Source of the DNA: Candidatus Adlerbacteria bacterium RIFOXYC1_FULL_48_26
GTDB lineage: Bacteria; Patescibacteriota; Minisyncoccia; Phycocordibacterales; SBAW01
Length of the DNA stretch: 64,000 nt
Direction of reading: 5' to 3'
Assembly: GCA_001773575.1 (NCBI GenBank)
Contig: MEXB01000008.1
Location: forward strand, 2,141 to 66,140
Shown: positions 1 to 8,196 of the stretch, piece after piece
Position numbering within the stretch: position 1 is the first letter of the stretch
Layout: the number at the start of each line of letters is the position of its first letter
Translations under genes and position numbers: made by a program
The notes under the pieces: model-generated
What the model saw: the letters and a program-made list of their open reading frames with translations, nothing else
Told to the model about the DNA's origin: nothing
Databases searched by the model: none

Positions 1-557
1 GCGTAAATAATTCTACGGCCGACTGCTCTCTTCTGCAGGCAATATGTGTTGTTGAGTCAGGTTGTAACCCACAGACCACTGGGTGCAATAGTGCCGGAGC
101 GTGCGGTCCGATGCAGATACAACCAGCAACAGCGTGTGAAGCAAACCCAAGTTTGAATGGATGCATGACATTGGGTAACCGAGGTGTCGTTCTCAATGAG
201 GATGCTGTAAAAGCATCTCTGCAGGGCATGTCAGCAAGTAGCGAAACTGCGGCAAAAATTCTCAACAATGCAACCGGTGCGTGCGGTGGGGACCTTACCT
301 GCGTTATGGCCTACTACAACGGAGGAGGTGGGGCGGTGCAGGCAAGCGCATGTTGCCCCTCAGGAACAGCTGCATGGCAATGTCAGTGGGACTGCGGCAC
401 AAGGGTAGCAGGGTCAGTCAACTGTACGGCCACCCCTCGACCCTCTTCGTGCGTGCAAAATACGGGCTATGTAGAGACCAGGAACTATGTTCCCAATATC
501 CAGGCTGCCCAAACCGCCCTCAAGACACCAACCCAAACCTCAGGCGGGGCGTTTTGA
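1..557 (+). CDS. Lytic transglycosylase (SLT-domain) family protein, C-terminal part; 5' end lies outside the window, Cys-rich
   Basis: The frame is open back to position 3. The translation contains the SLT catalytic motifs E-S (..VVESGCN..), GLMQ-like (GPMQIQP) and AYNAG-like (MAYYNGGGGAV). Confidence 0.5.
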   Translation, partial: VNNSTADCSLLQAICVVESGCNPQTTGCNSAGACGPMQIQPATACEANPSLNGCMTLGNRGVVLNEDAVKASLQGMSASSETAAKILNNATGACGGDLTCVMAYYNGGGGAVQASACCPSGTAAWQCQWDCGTRVAGSVNCTATPRPSSCVQNTGYVETRNYVPNIQAAQTALKTPTQTSGGAF

Positions 558-582
558 CCAAAGTCCCATGCTCTGCTATAGT
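554..582 (+). promoter_or_regulatory. Sigma70-like promoter: -35 TTGACC (554-559), 17-nt spacer, -10 TATAGT (577-582), upstream of rpmG
   Basis: Hexamers and spacing read directly from the sequence. Two short hairpins follow in the leader (601-618 and 620-639). Confidence 0.45.
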
Positions 583-656
583 ATCCCGCATGTCAGCAAA
601 GCCGACGCGCTGGTCGGCTCCCCGACTGAAACGTCGGGGGATAGGCACCAAAAACT

Positions 657-815
657 ATGTCTCAAGATAGATTGATCAAATTAGCCTGCAACAAGTGCAA
701 GCGCATAAACTACTGGTCCTCCAAGAATAAAAAGCTGGTGGAGCGTAAAATTGAACTCAAAAAGTACTGCAAATGGTGCCGTGCTCAAACAGTTCACAAA
801 GAGGTCAAGAAATAA
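657..815 (+). CDS. rpmG: 50S ribosomal protein L33 (52 aa, below the ORF-track cutoff)
   Basis: Manual translation gives MSQDRLIKLACNKCKRINYWSSKNKKLVERKIELKKYCKWCRAQTVHKEVKK. This has the L33 zinc-ribbon CxxC...CxxC pattern and the conserved NY..TKNK/LELKKYC segment. Confidence 0.85.
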   Translation: MSQDRLIKLACNKCKRINYWSSKNKKLVERKIELKKYCKWCRAQTVHKEVKK

Positions 816-818
816 CAA

Positions 819-843
819 AACGCTCCCACTCGGGAGCGTTTTA
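819..843 (+). terminator. Rho-independent terminator after rpmG
   Basis: Stem aacgctccc / gggagcgtt with a 4-nt loop, followed by TTTT. Confidence 0.55.
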
Positions 844-860
844 AGGTAAACTGCCGGTAA

Positions 861-934
861 GGGCGATTAGTTTAGTGGTAGAACAGCGGTCTCCAAAACC
901 GCTAGTGGGGGTTCGATTCCTCCATCGCCCGCCA
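861..934 (+). tRNA. tRNA-Trp (anticodon CCA), CCA end encoded
   Basis: Cloverleaf folded by hand. Acceptor stem gggcgat/atcgccc, anticodon loop cuCCAaa, T-loop gttcgattcc. Confidence 0.9.
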
Positions 935-950
935 AAAGAGTTTTTAAAGG

Positions 951-984
951 AAAAGGCCGCGACTTTTATGGTCGCGGCCTTGTT
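951..984 (-). terminator. 11-bp hairpin (aaggccgcgac/gtcgcggcctt) with a T-tract on the minus strand; terminator of the minus-strand gene 988-1623
   Basis: Perfect 11-bp stem. On the minus strand it is followed by TTTTCCTTT. Confidence 0.5.
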
Positions 985-987
985 CGG

Positions 988-1623
988 TCAAGGGAACTGA
1001 CCGGTATGTGCGACCTTCTTGTGGAAGATGCAGGATGCGCTGCAGTAGTCCATGACCAACCGCTCCGCATCGGCCGCGAGGGTCGACAGGAAGGAACGGC
1101 GCTGGACACCTGTCAGTTCGTTGTCCCGCACCTTGTTGAGATGGTGCAGGGTGTCGGGGAACTGGGCCGGGCTCACCAGCACGATACGTCCGCCCTTGGC
1201 AGCGGCGCGGAGCATGGTGGGGCCGCCGATGTCGGTCATCTTGATCACCGAGTCGAAGGTTGCGCCCTCCTTGCTGATTTCCTGCTGGAGGGGATACAGG
1301 TCGACGTAGACCAGGTTGATCGGGTTGATCTTGAGCCGTTCGAGTTCCTCGACCTCCTCAGGGTTGGTGAGGTCGGCGAGAATCGCCGCGTGGACTTCGC
1401 GCGACAAGGTGACAACCTTGTGTCCGAGGATGGGCGGCCCGACCATGGTCGCGACATCCGTCACTTGAATCTCCTCGACCTCTCTGAGGAACAGCGCCGT
1501 GCCACCGGAGGCCACGATATTCCATCCTTGGAAGTAGAGGGTCTTGGCGAATTCCTTCAGCTCCGGGGGTTTCGCGTACGACGAGAACAGGGCAGTCCTG
1601 GTTGCTGTGTCAGAAAGGTTCAA
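988..1623 (-). CDS. Stand-alone IMP cyclohydrolase-like protein (PurH N-terminal MGS-like domain only, no AICAR transformylase domain)
   Basis: The 211-aa product aligns by eye to the first ~200 aa of bifunctional PurH (..ALFSSYAKPP / NIVASGGTA..L.. / TLHPKV-like GHKV / VYVDLYP / DIGGPTMLRAAAKG). The gene is visibly GC-rich relative to its flanks. Confidence 0.55.
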   Translation of the reverse strand: MNLSDTATRTALFSSYAKPPELKEFAKTLYFQGWNIVASGGTALFLREVEEIQVTDVATMVGPPILGHKVVTLSREVHAAILADLTNPEEVEELERLKINPINLVYVDLYPLQQEISKEGATFDSVIKMTDIGGPTMLRAAAKGGRIVLVSPAQFPDTLHHLNKVRDNELTGVQRRSFLSTLAADAERLVMDYCSASCIFHKKVAHTGQFP

Positions 1624-1725
1624 AAGGGCCTCCTATAAGGGAACATTCCCAGAAGCGATACTAGATGATATGCACAAAAAAGCCAATATTATCGTTTTCT
1701 TATCATGGTGCGGTAAACTGTTGTG

Positions 1726-3102
1726 ATGACTCAGGACGAGGCGTTTCAAGTACTTAAAACAGGCGCCAATGTATTTCTGACGGGAGAGCCCGGCAGTGGT
1801 AAAACGCACACGGTAAACCGTTACGTTGCGTACTTACGCGAGCAGGGCATAGAGCCTGCCGTGTGCGCATCTACAGGCATTGCGGCAACGCACATTGGTG
1901 GATACACCATACACTCGTGGTGTGGCATTGGAGTTAAGTCGACGCTCACAGAATATGATCTCGATCTTATCGGACAGAAAGAAAAAGTAGTAAAGCGTGT
2001 GCGCAACGCAAAAGTTCTTATCATTGATGAGATATCTATGCTCTCAGCGCAGACGCTCGACTCTGTCGATGTTGTACTTCGCATGCTCAGAAATTCTGAC
2101 GAAGCCTTCGGTGGCTTACAGATGATTTTTGTCGGCGACTTCTTCCAGCTGCCACCTGTCGTAAAAATGCAGGAGGTAAAAAGCGATATGTTGGAAATTA
2201 ACTACGATGAGTCGCCAAATGGGCAACGCAGCTCAATGTCACCGTTTGCTTTTTATGCGCAGTCTTGGAAGCGTGCCAAGCCACTTGTGTGTTACTTGGA
2301 AGAACAGCATCGCCAAGAGGACACTAAATTTTTGGAAATTCTCTCAGGTCTCAGAAGGGGGTATCTTTCAGATTCTTTAAAGCAAACACTAAAATTGAGA
2401 ATCACTGAGCCGCCAAAGAAAAATACTCATACAAAACTTTTTCCTCATAATGCCAACGTAGATAGGCTCAATGATGCAGAGCTTGAAAAACTGCCCACAT
2501 TGCCGCGCCGTTATGATATGCGAAGCAAAGGTTCTATGCCGCTTGTCGAGGCGCTTAAACGCAGTTGCCTTTCGCCAGATGGGTTGATGCTCAAAGTTGG
2601 CGCCAAAGTTATGTTTACAAAAAACGACCCAGAGGGGGAATACTACAACGGAACACTCGGAACAGTTCTTGAATTTTCAAAATTAACAGGCCATCCAATT
2701 GTGAAATTAAATTCTGGCGGAGTGCTAGAAGTAGATACGGTTGAGTGGGCAGTGCAGGATGGTAATAAAAAACTAGCCAGCATAGAACAGCTACCACTTC
2801 GTTTAGCGTGGGCTATCACCGTGCACAAGAGCCAGGGTATGTCTCTGGACGCTGCAATTATCGACCTTTCAAACGCGTTTGAATATGGTCAAGGATACGT
2901 TGCCTTGTCGCGTGTACGCACGCTAGACGGGCTGTATTTGCTCGGGTTGAACGAGAGAGCGCTCGAGGTGCACCCAGAGGTTATGGAGCAAGATTCAATA
3001 TTCCGTGAACTCTCGGACTCTACCGCTGAAGCCTTCGGCGCAATGCCAGATACAGAACTAGCACAGATGCACGAACAATTTGTTCGTGCGGCTTTAGTGT
3101 AG
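1726..3102 (+). CDS. PIF1/RecD-like ATP-dependent DNA helicase (AAA_30 family)
   Basis: Walker A GEPGSGKT. Walker B / motif II LIIDEISM. Motifs FVGDFFQLPPV and a C-terminal ITVHKSQGMS..AL(S)RVR typical of the PIF1/RecD family. Confidence 0.75.
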   Translation: MTQDEAFQVLKTGANVFLTGEPGSGKTHTVNRYVAYLREQGIEPAVCASTGIAATHIGGYTIHSWCGIGVKSTLTEYDLDLIGQKEKVVKRVRNAKVLIIDEISMLSAQTLDSVDVVLRMLRNSDEAFGGLQMIFVGDFFQLPPVVKMQEVKSDMLEINYDESPNGQRSSMSPFAFYAQSWKRAKPLVCYLEEQHRQEDTKFLEILSGLRRGYLSDSLKQTLKLRITEPPKKNTHTKLFPHNANVDRLNDAELEKLPTLPRRYDMRSKGSMPLVEALKRSCLSPDGLMLKVGAKVMFTKNDPEGEYYNGTLGTVLEFSKLTGHPIVKLNSGGVLEVDTVEWAVQDGNKKLASIEQLPLRLAWAITVHKSQGMSLDAAIIDLSNAFEYGQGYVALSRVRTLDGLYLLGLNERALEVHPEVMEQDSIFRELSDSTAEAFGAMPDTELAQMHEQFVRAALV

Positions 3103-3972
3103 AAATGCTCGGACTTGGCGCAGTGCCTCAGTTTTGTTTTTAACCCAGCGGATATCTTCGCGACGTTTAAACCAGCGCATCTGGCGCTTTACGTATCCAA
3201 GCTCGCTACGCACGAGTTGTTCAACAAGTTCTGCCTTGGTAATTTTTTTATCCAAGTATGCGAGCAGGGGAATAAGTTCAAACCCTAATGCCGCGATATG
3301 TTTCTTTGAGAGTGATGTGCGAAGTTTTTTGGCTTCACGAAGCATCGCATTGAGACGATTTGTAACACCAGCGCGAATTGCTTTTTCATGTTTTGCCTCA
3401 GTGGGGCGGAGACCGAGCCATAGTACTTCGTAGGGAGAGTCTGAAATAAGTTCAGGTACGTTTCCGATAGCCTTTGCGATTTCTATTGCGCGAACGAGGC
3501 GTGCAGGATTTTTTGCATCAATACGTGCGGCTGTTTTCGCATCCAATTTTTTAAGCATAGAAAAGAGCTGGGCAGGAGTTTTCTTTGCCAGACTTGCTCG
3601 CAACTTTTTATTTGGCTCAACTTCAGGAAGGGAGAAACCACGAAGAAGTGAATCTGCGTAAAATCCAGTGCCCCCGACTACAATAGGCACATGCTTTTTC
3701 TTTCCAATGTCAGCAATGATTTTTTCTGCGTGTTTCTTAAACTCACCTGCGCTGTAGAGACGCTTTGGTGAGGCGAATTCTATAAGATGGTGGGGAATAC
3801 CGGCACGCTCTTTTTTATCCGGTACACGGGCAATTGCGGCCAATCCTTTGTAAATCTGCCGCGAGTCTGCGGAAATAACCTCGCCTTTCAGCTTTTGCGC
3901 AAGAAAAATCCCCAACGCCGTTTTCCCCGACGCGGTTGGGCCTACTACTGCAATAACCTTCGACTTATTCAC
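3094..3972 (-). CDS. miaA: tRNA dimethylallyltransferase
   Basis: N-terminal P-loop VIAVVGPTASGKTALG, ..ISADSRQIYKGL.., PHHLID-like motif (PHHLIE). Length 292 aa. Confidence 0.85.
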   Translation of the reverse strand: MNKSKVIAVVGPTASGKTALGIFLAQKLKGEVISADSRQIYKGLAAIARVPDKKERAGIPHHLIEFASPKRLYSAGEFKKHAEKIIADIGKKKHVPIVVGGTGFYADSLLRGFSLPEVEPNKKLRASLAKKTPAQLFSMLKKLDAKTAARIDAKNPARLVRAIEIAKAIGNVPELISDSPYEVLWLGLRPTEAKHEKAIRAGVTNRLNAMLREAKKLRTSLSKKHIAALGFELIPLLAYLDKKITKAELVEQLVRSELGYVKRQMRWFKRREDIRWVKNKTEALRQVRAFLH

Positions 3973-4005
3973 ACGCCCACTGTAGAGGAATTTTATAAAA
4001 AAGAA

Positions 4006-4030
4006 AACAGCGGCTTTTTAGGCCGCTGCG
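4006..4030 (-). terminator. Hairpin cagcggc/gccgctg with a T-tract on the minus strand, downstream of the pyrF-like gene
   Basis: Stem-loop read from the sequence. The minus strand shows TTTTCTTTTTT after the stem. Confidence 0.4.
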
Positions 4031-4036
4031 CGTTCA

Positions 4037-4750
4037 CTACAAATTACTTACCTCATCCACAATCTGCTTGTAGATTTTTTCAGGGGCACTGTCCGTCATA
4101 ATGCTTCTGCCGACGATGAGGCAGTCGGAGCCAAAGTCGACAGCTTCCTTGGGAGTCGCGGCCCATCGCTGGTCTGAAGGTTGTCCCTGGCTTGGCACGT
4201 AAATGCCAGGCGTCATAAATGGGACGCCCTTCACATACTCCTTCAGTGCGGGAACACCTGGAGCGCTGCATACAATACCCGCACGGATACCGCAGTCGAA
4301 CGCAATGCGTCCAAGATGCAGCTCCATTTCAGCGTGGGTCTTCGTATTACCGTGAATTTCCTGCAGGTCCTTCTCCTGCATGCTGGTTAGCGTAGTGACA
4401 GCAACAACAGCGTCGCCGAACTCCTTGGCCAATTCGGTTAAGGCCTCGCGTCCGCACATGGTGTGTACGGTGGTGAAACGAAAGCCCATCCGCAAATGGT
4501 TCTCGACAGCCTTAAGGACACGGCTGAGAATGTCATGTTCTTTATTGTCGAGCATCACTGTAGCCGATGTGCCTGGGTACATCGACGTGCGAAGGTAGTG
4601 TGCCGTGGCACGAAGGTCCATGCTCGGTAGAGGGTCATGGACTTTAAAGTGCGTGCACCGCTCTTTCTTAAGGCGATGGATCAGGTCGTACGGGGCCTGG
4701 GCCCAGCGGCGGTTCAGGTCGAGCGAAACCATGACGTCAGGACGTTTCAT
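4037..4750 (-). CDS. pyrF: Orotidine 5'-phosphate decarboxylase
   Basis: Catalytic D-x-K-x-x-D present as MLDNKEHD, the upstream Lys as FKVHDP, plus VTTLTSM and C-terminal LIVGRSI, matching the PyrF pattern. GC-rich relative to flanks. Confidence 0.7.
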   Translation of the reverse strand: MKRPDVMVSLDLNRRWAQAPYDLIHRLKKERCTHFKVHDPLPSMDLRATAHYLRTSMYPGTSATVMLDNKEHDILSRVLKAVENHLRMGFRFTTVHTMCGREALTELAKEFGDAVVAVTTLTSMQEKDLQEIHGNTKTHAEMELHLGRIAFDCGIRAGIVCSAPGVPALKEYVKGVPFMTPGIYVPSQGQPSDQRWAATPKEAVDFGSDCLIVGRSIMTDSAPEKIYKQIVDEVSNL

Positions 4751-4823
4751 TTTTATCCCCTTTGAGAACGTTGAAGAGCGATTCCGGCTAAGAATCGCAA
4801 AAAAATCTGTATTGTCAACTCTG

Positions 4824-4904
4824 TGCCGGAGGGGAGACTCGAACTCCCATCCCTTGCGAGACGCGATTTTGAGTCGCGCGCGTATACCATTCCGCCACTC
4901 CGGC
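4824..4904 (-). tRNA. tRNA-Leu (anticodon CAA), 81 nt with long variable arm
   Basis: The reverse complement folds with acceptor gccggag/ctccggc, anticodon loop cuCAAaa and T-loop gttcgagtc. Confidence 0.9.
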
Positions 4905-4929
4905 CTCTGTACATGCTAGAATATCTCCA

Positions 4930-5976
4930 ATGTCGGAGTTTTACAATAACGCCATCTTTTGGGTTGAGGTAGAGAAGATCAAACCAAACCCATACCAACC
5001 CCGCCGCGAGTTCGACCAAGCCAAGCTCGAAGACCTCGCAAAGTCTATCCGCCAGTACGGCGTTATCCAGCCTCTCACGGTTACTCGCCGCGAATTTGAG
5101 AAACAGGATGGTGGTATCGCAACAGAATATGAACTTATTGCAGGAGAGCGCCGTTTGCGCGCCTCACGTCTCGCAGGCATACAGCAAGTCCCAGTTATCA
5201 TCCGCGCAGACTACGACGATGACAAAACAAAACTCGAAGTAGCCATCATTGAGAACCTCCAGCGCGAGGACTTAAACCCAATGGACCGTGCAAACGCATT
5301 CGCACGTCTTGTAAACGAATTTGGTTTTAAACACAGCCAGGTTGCAGAGAAAGTAGGGAAGAGCCGTGAGTATGTGTCCAACACAATCCGCTTGCTCTCG
5401 CTCACTCCAGAAATGCAGCAAGCGCTTTCTGATGGAAAGATTGCAGAAGGCCACACACGCCCTCTCTTGATGCTTATAGACCGCCCACAGGAGCAAAGCG
5501 TGCTCTTCCGCGAGATTATGCTGAAGCGCCTCACCGTGCGCGATTCTGAATCTATTGCGCGCCGTATTGCATACGACAAAGTTCGCAAGAAAGAATATCT
5601 CTACGCGCCAGAAATATTGCAGATGGAACGAGAGCTTTCAGAAGCCCTTGGTACGCGCGTTGCTATTGAACCAAAAGAAAACGGTGGAAAGCTTTCTATC
5701 GACTTTATGAGCCAGGATGATCTCCAGACTCTCTTCGCCTCACTCGCACATAAAATTGCTCAGAACTCAGCTCCGGCATCCGCAGGACTTGCTGCTTTGG
5801 TTGCTGCAACTCCTCTAGTAGAAGTGCAGAAAACAGACATTCCGGGCGACTCTATTACTGCTTCGACTGTTGCTGAAGGTTCGGATGAATCTGTCTCTGA
5901 AGCACTTGATGACCGCTCTAAAGACGAAATTCAAAAAGACGAAAACACATTTGATCCAAATTCTTTTTCTTTATGA
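4930..5976 (+). CDS. parB: ParB/Spo0J-family partition / nucleoid-occlusion protein with an acidic C-terminal tail
   Basis: ParB box motifs: VEKIKPNPYQPRR, GVIQPLTV, GERRLRASRLAG, and the HTH region SQVAEKVGKSREYVSNTIRLL. Confidence 0.8.
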   Translation: MSEFYNNAIFWVEVEKIKPNPYQPRREFDQAKLEDLAKSIRQYGVIQPLTVTRREFEKQDGGIATEYELIAGERRLRASRLAGIQQVPVIIRADYDDDKTKLEVAIIENLQREDLNPMDRANAFARLVNEFGFKHSQVAEKVGKSREYVSNTIRLLSLTPEMQQALSDGKIAEGHTRPLLMLIDRPQEQSVLFREIMLKRLTVRDSESIARRIAYDKVRKKEYLYAPEILQMERELSEALGTRVAIEPKENGGKLSIDFMSQDDLQTLFASLAHKIAQNSAPASAGLAALVAATPLVEVQKTDIPGDSITASTVAEGSDESVSEALDDRSKDEIQKDENTFDPNSFSL

Positions 5977-6623
5977 AAAGGATCTATCTTGTTCGACATG
6001 GTGAAAGCCAGGCTAACGCTGAACGCAGACACGGTGGGGCAGAAACTCCATTAACAGAACATGGGCATCAACAAGCAGTTTTTATTGCTGAGCGTATTTC
6101 AAAACTGCCAGTCCAAAAAATTATCTCCAGCACTATGGTTCGGGCGCAACAGACCGCGCAGGCTATTTCTGAGAAAATAAACCAGCCAATACTCTCATCT
6201 GATTTATTTGTCGAAACAAGAGGCCCTGCGGAGTTTGAAGGCGCTTCATATGATGATCCAAAAACACTTGAAGCGTTCCACACACTAGGAATTAACTACG
6301 GTAAACCAGGTTTCCAATTAGACGGCGCTGAGGTATTCGAAGATCATACAAAGCGCGCTCAAGCCTGTTTGGCATTCTTAGCCGAGCAAGAAGAAGACCA
6401 CATTGTAGTAGTCACACACGGTCTATTCCTCCGTATACTAGTTGCTCATGTTTTACTCGGTCCTACTCCAAATTCAAAAGAAGTTCAAAGTATAATGAGC
6501 GCGTTAAAAACCAGAAATACTGGCCTTACTGTGTTCGACTACGGAGACACTCCGTTTGTTGATATCCCCTCAGAGCATCCTTGGAATATGTTTGTTTGGA
6601 ACGATCACGCACATCTAGGCTAG
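5973..6623 (+). CDS. Histidine phosphatase family protein (phosphoglycerate mutase-like)
   Basis: N-terminal catalytic motif LVRHGES..N (RHG signature), a His later in VVTHG. 216 aa. Confidence 0.7.
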   Translation: MKRIYLVRHGESQANAERRHGGAETPLTEHGHQQAVFIAERISKLPVQKIISSTMVRAQQTAQAISEKINQPILSSDLFVETRGPAEFEGASYDDPKTLEAFHTLGINYGKPGFQLDGAEVFEDHTKRAQACLAFLAEQEEDHIVVVTHGLFLRILVAHVLLGPTPNSKEVQSIMSALKTRNTGLTVFDYGDTPFVDIPSEHPWNMFVWNDHAHLG

Positions 6624-6624
6624 T

Positions 6625-8178
6625 TTATTTCCGTGCGACAGGAGAACCGTCTCTTTCAAGAGCGTTGCGGATATGACGGCGAGCAAGGGTAGTTTTAGCA
6701 AAGTCTAGCCATTTTTTTGAGGGCTTCGCATTTTTCTTTGTTTGGATTTCAACGATGTCGCCGTTGTTGAGTATTGTGTCGAGCGACACAAGCTTGCCGT
6801 TTACTTTCGCGCCAAAGACATGGTCGCCAATATCTGAATGGATTGCGTACGCAAAATCGAGTGGGCTTGAGCTGACAGGCAAGTCCACGACATCTCCCTT
6901 CGGAGTAAAGGCAAACACACGATGTGTAAAGATGTCTGTCTTGAGCGTCATTTCAAAATCCGGATCGCTGGTCTCATCCTCAAGTTCTGAGAGCCATGTA
7001 GGTGTTTCAGGTGCTCCATAGCGGGAGCGTGAACGGATCTCCTCTTTTTGTTCTGCGGGTGCAGTTGGGTTATTGCTTCTGCGGAAACTTGGCATCAGGC
7101 TACGGATCCAGTCAAAGCTTGTGCCACCTCGTGGAGCAGCTTTTTTAGGGCCATCTTTGTACATCACGTGCGCGGCAATACCGTACTGTGCTTCGTTATG
7201 CATAGCTTCTGTGCGGATCTGTATTTCAACAATGCCGCCGTCACCGGAAAAGATCGTCGTGTGTAAGCCCTGGTAACCGTTTGGTTTAGGGAAGGCAATA
7301 TAGTCTTTGATTTTATTTGGCAGTGGTTGCCAAAGGTTGTGTACGAGGCCAAGCACACGGTAGCAATCTGCAATATCGGGCACGATAATGCGGATAGCTG
7401 CGATGTCGAAGACATTTTCAATATCGCCACCTTTACGCTGCAGTTTCTGCCACAAACTCCACAGACCTTTTACTCGCTGCTCCACATGGAAGCGAATAAT
7501 GCCGTTGGTCGCCAACTCTTTTTTGAGTGTGCGAGACATCTTTTCCAGACGATCAGAGGTTTCCTTAGATCGTTCACTCAATAGCTTTCGTGCTTCTGCG
7601 TATTGTTCAGGATACGCGTGCTGAAATGAGAGATCCTCTAATTCACGACGAACGAGACCCATACCGAGACGGTGGGCGATTGCGGCATAAATTTCAAGTG
7701 TTTCAAGTGCGATGCGTTTACGTTTCTCTTCAGGTACATGTTCAAGCGTGCGCATATTATGCAGACGATCCATCAATTTAACGATGAGTACGCGAGCGTC
7801 TTTGCCTGTGGCGACAAGAAGTTTGCGGAGACTTTCGCGATGTCTCTCTGCGCCACGATATTTAAACTTACCGAGCTTGGTAACACCTTCTACTAAGAAA
7901 CGAACTTCTTTATCAAATTCTTTTTCGATTGTTTCAGGTTTGACCCCTACATCTTCAATAGAGTCGTGGAGTAACCCAGCGGCAATAGTCTTAGCGCTCA
8001 TGCCGATCTTGGCGAGGCTTTTCGCTGTCTCTACAAGGTGGATGATATATGGCTCGCCTGAAAGGCGTTTGTGGTCTTTGTGAGCCTCAGCGGCAAAGTT
8101 GTACGCTTTCTCAACCAGAGCCGCGTCTTTCTTCGACGGCCCGTTCATAAGGCTGAGTATGTTCTGTACATCAGGCAT
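6625..8178 (-). CDS. rel: Bifunctional (p)ppGpp synthetase/hydrolase Rel/SpoT homologue, short form ending after the TGS domain
   Basis: HD domain (HLVETA.., LHDSIEDV). Synthetase domain (YIAFPKPNGYQGLHTTI, EIQIRTEAMH). TGS domain (VFAFTPKGDVVDLP..GDIVEIQT). No ACT/RRM tail. Confidence 0.85.
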   Translation of the reverse strand: MPDVQNILSLMNGPSKKDAALVEKAYNFAAEAHKDHKRLSGEPYIIHLVETAKSLAKIGMSAKTIAAGLLHDSIEDVGVKPETIEKEFDKEVRFLVEGVTKLGKFKYRGAERHRESLRKLLVATGKDARVLIVKLMDRLHNMRTLEHVPEEKRKRIALETLEIYAAIAHRLGMGLVRRELEDLSFQHAYPEQYAEARKLLSERSKETSDRLEKMSRTLKKELATNGIIRFHVEQRVKGLWSLWQKLQRKGGDIENVFDIAAIRIIVPDIADCYRVLGLVHNLWQPLPNKIKDYIAFPKPNGYQGLHTTIFSGDGGIVEIQIRTEAMHNEAQYGIAAHVMYKDGPKKAAPRGGTSFDWIRSLMPSFRRSNNPTAPAEQKEEIRSRSRYGAPETPTWLSELEDETSDPDFEMTLKTDIFTHRVFAFTPKGDVVDLPVSSSPLDFAYAIHSDIGDHVFGAKVNGKLVSLDTILNNGDIVEIQTKKNAKPSKKWLDFAKTTLARRHIRNALERDGSPVARK

Positions 8179-8196
8179 TACTGCCAGTATATACTT

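Noticed and set aside
1006-1638. 210-aa plus-strand ORF mirroring the IMP cyclohydrolase-like gene
   Set aside because: Antisense ORF of the kind that commonly appears opposite GC-rich genes. The minus-strand product has clear PurH N-domain similarity, and the plus-strand one does not.
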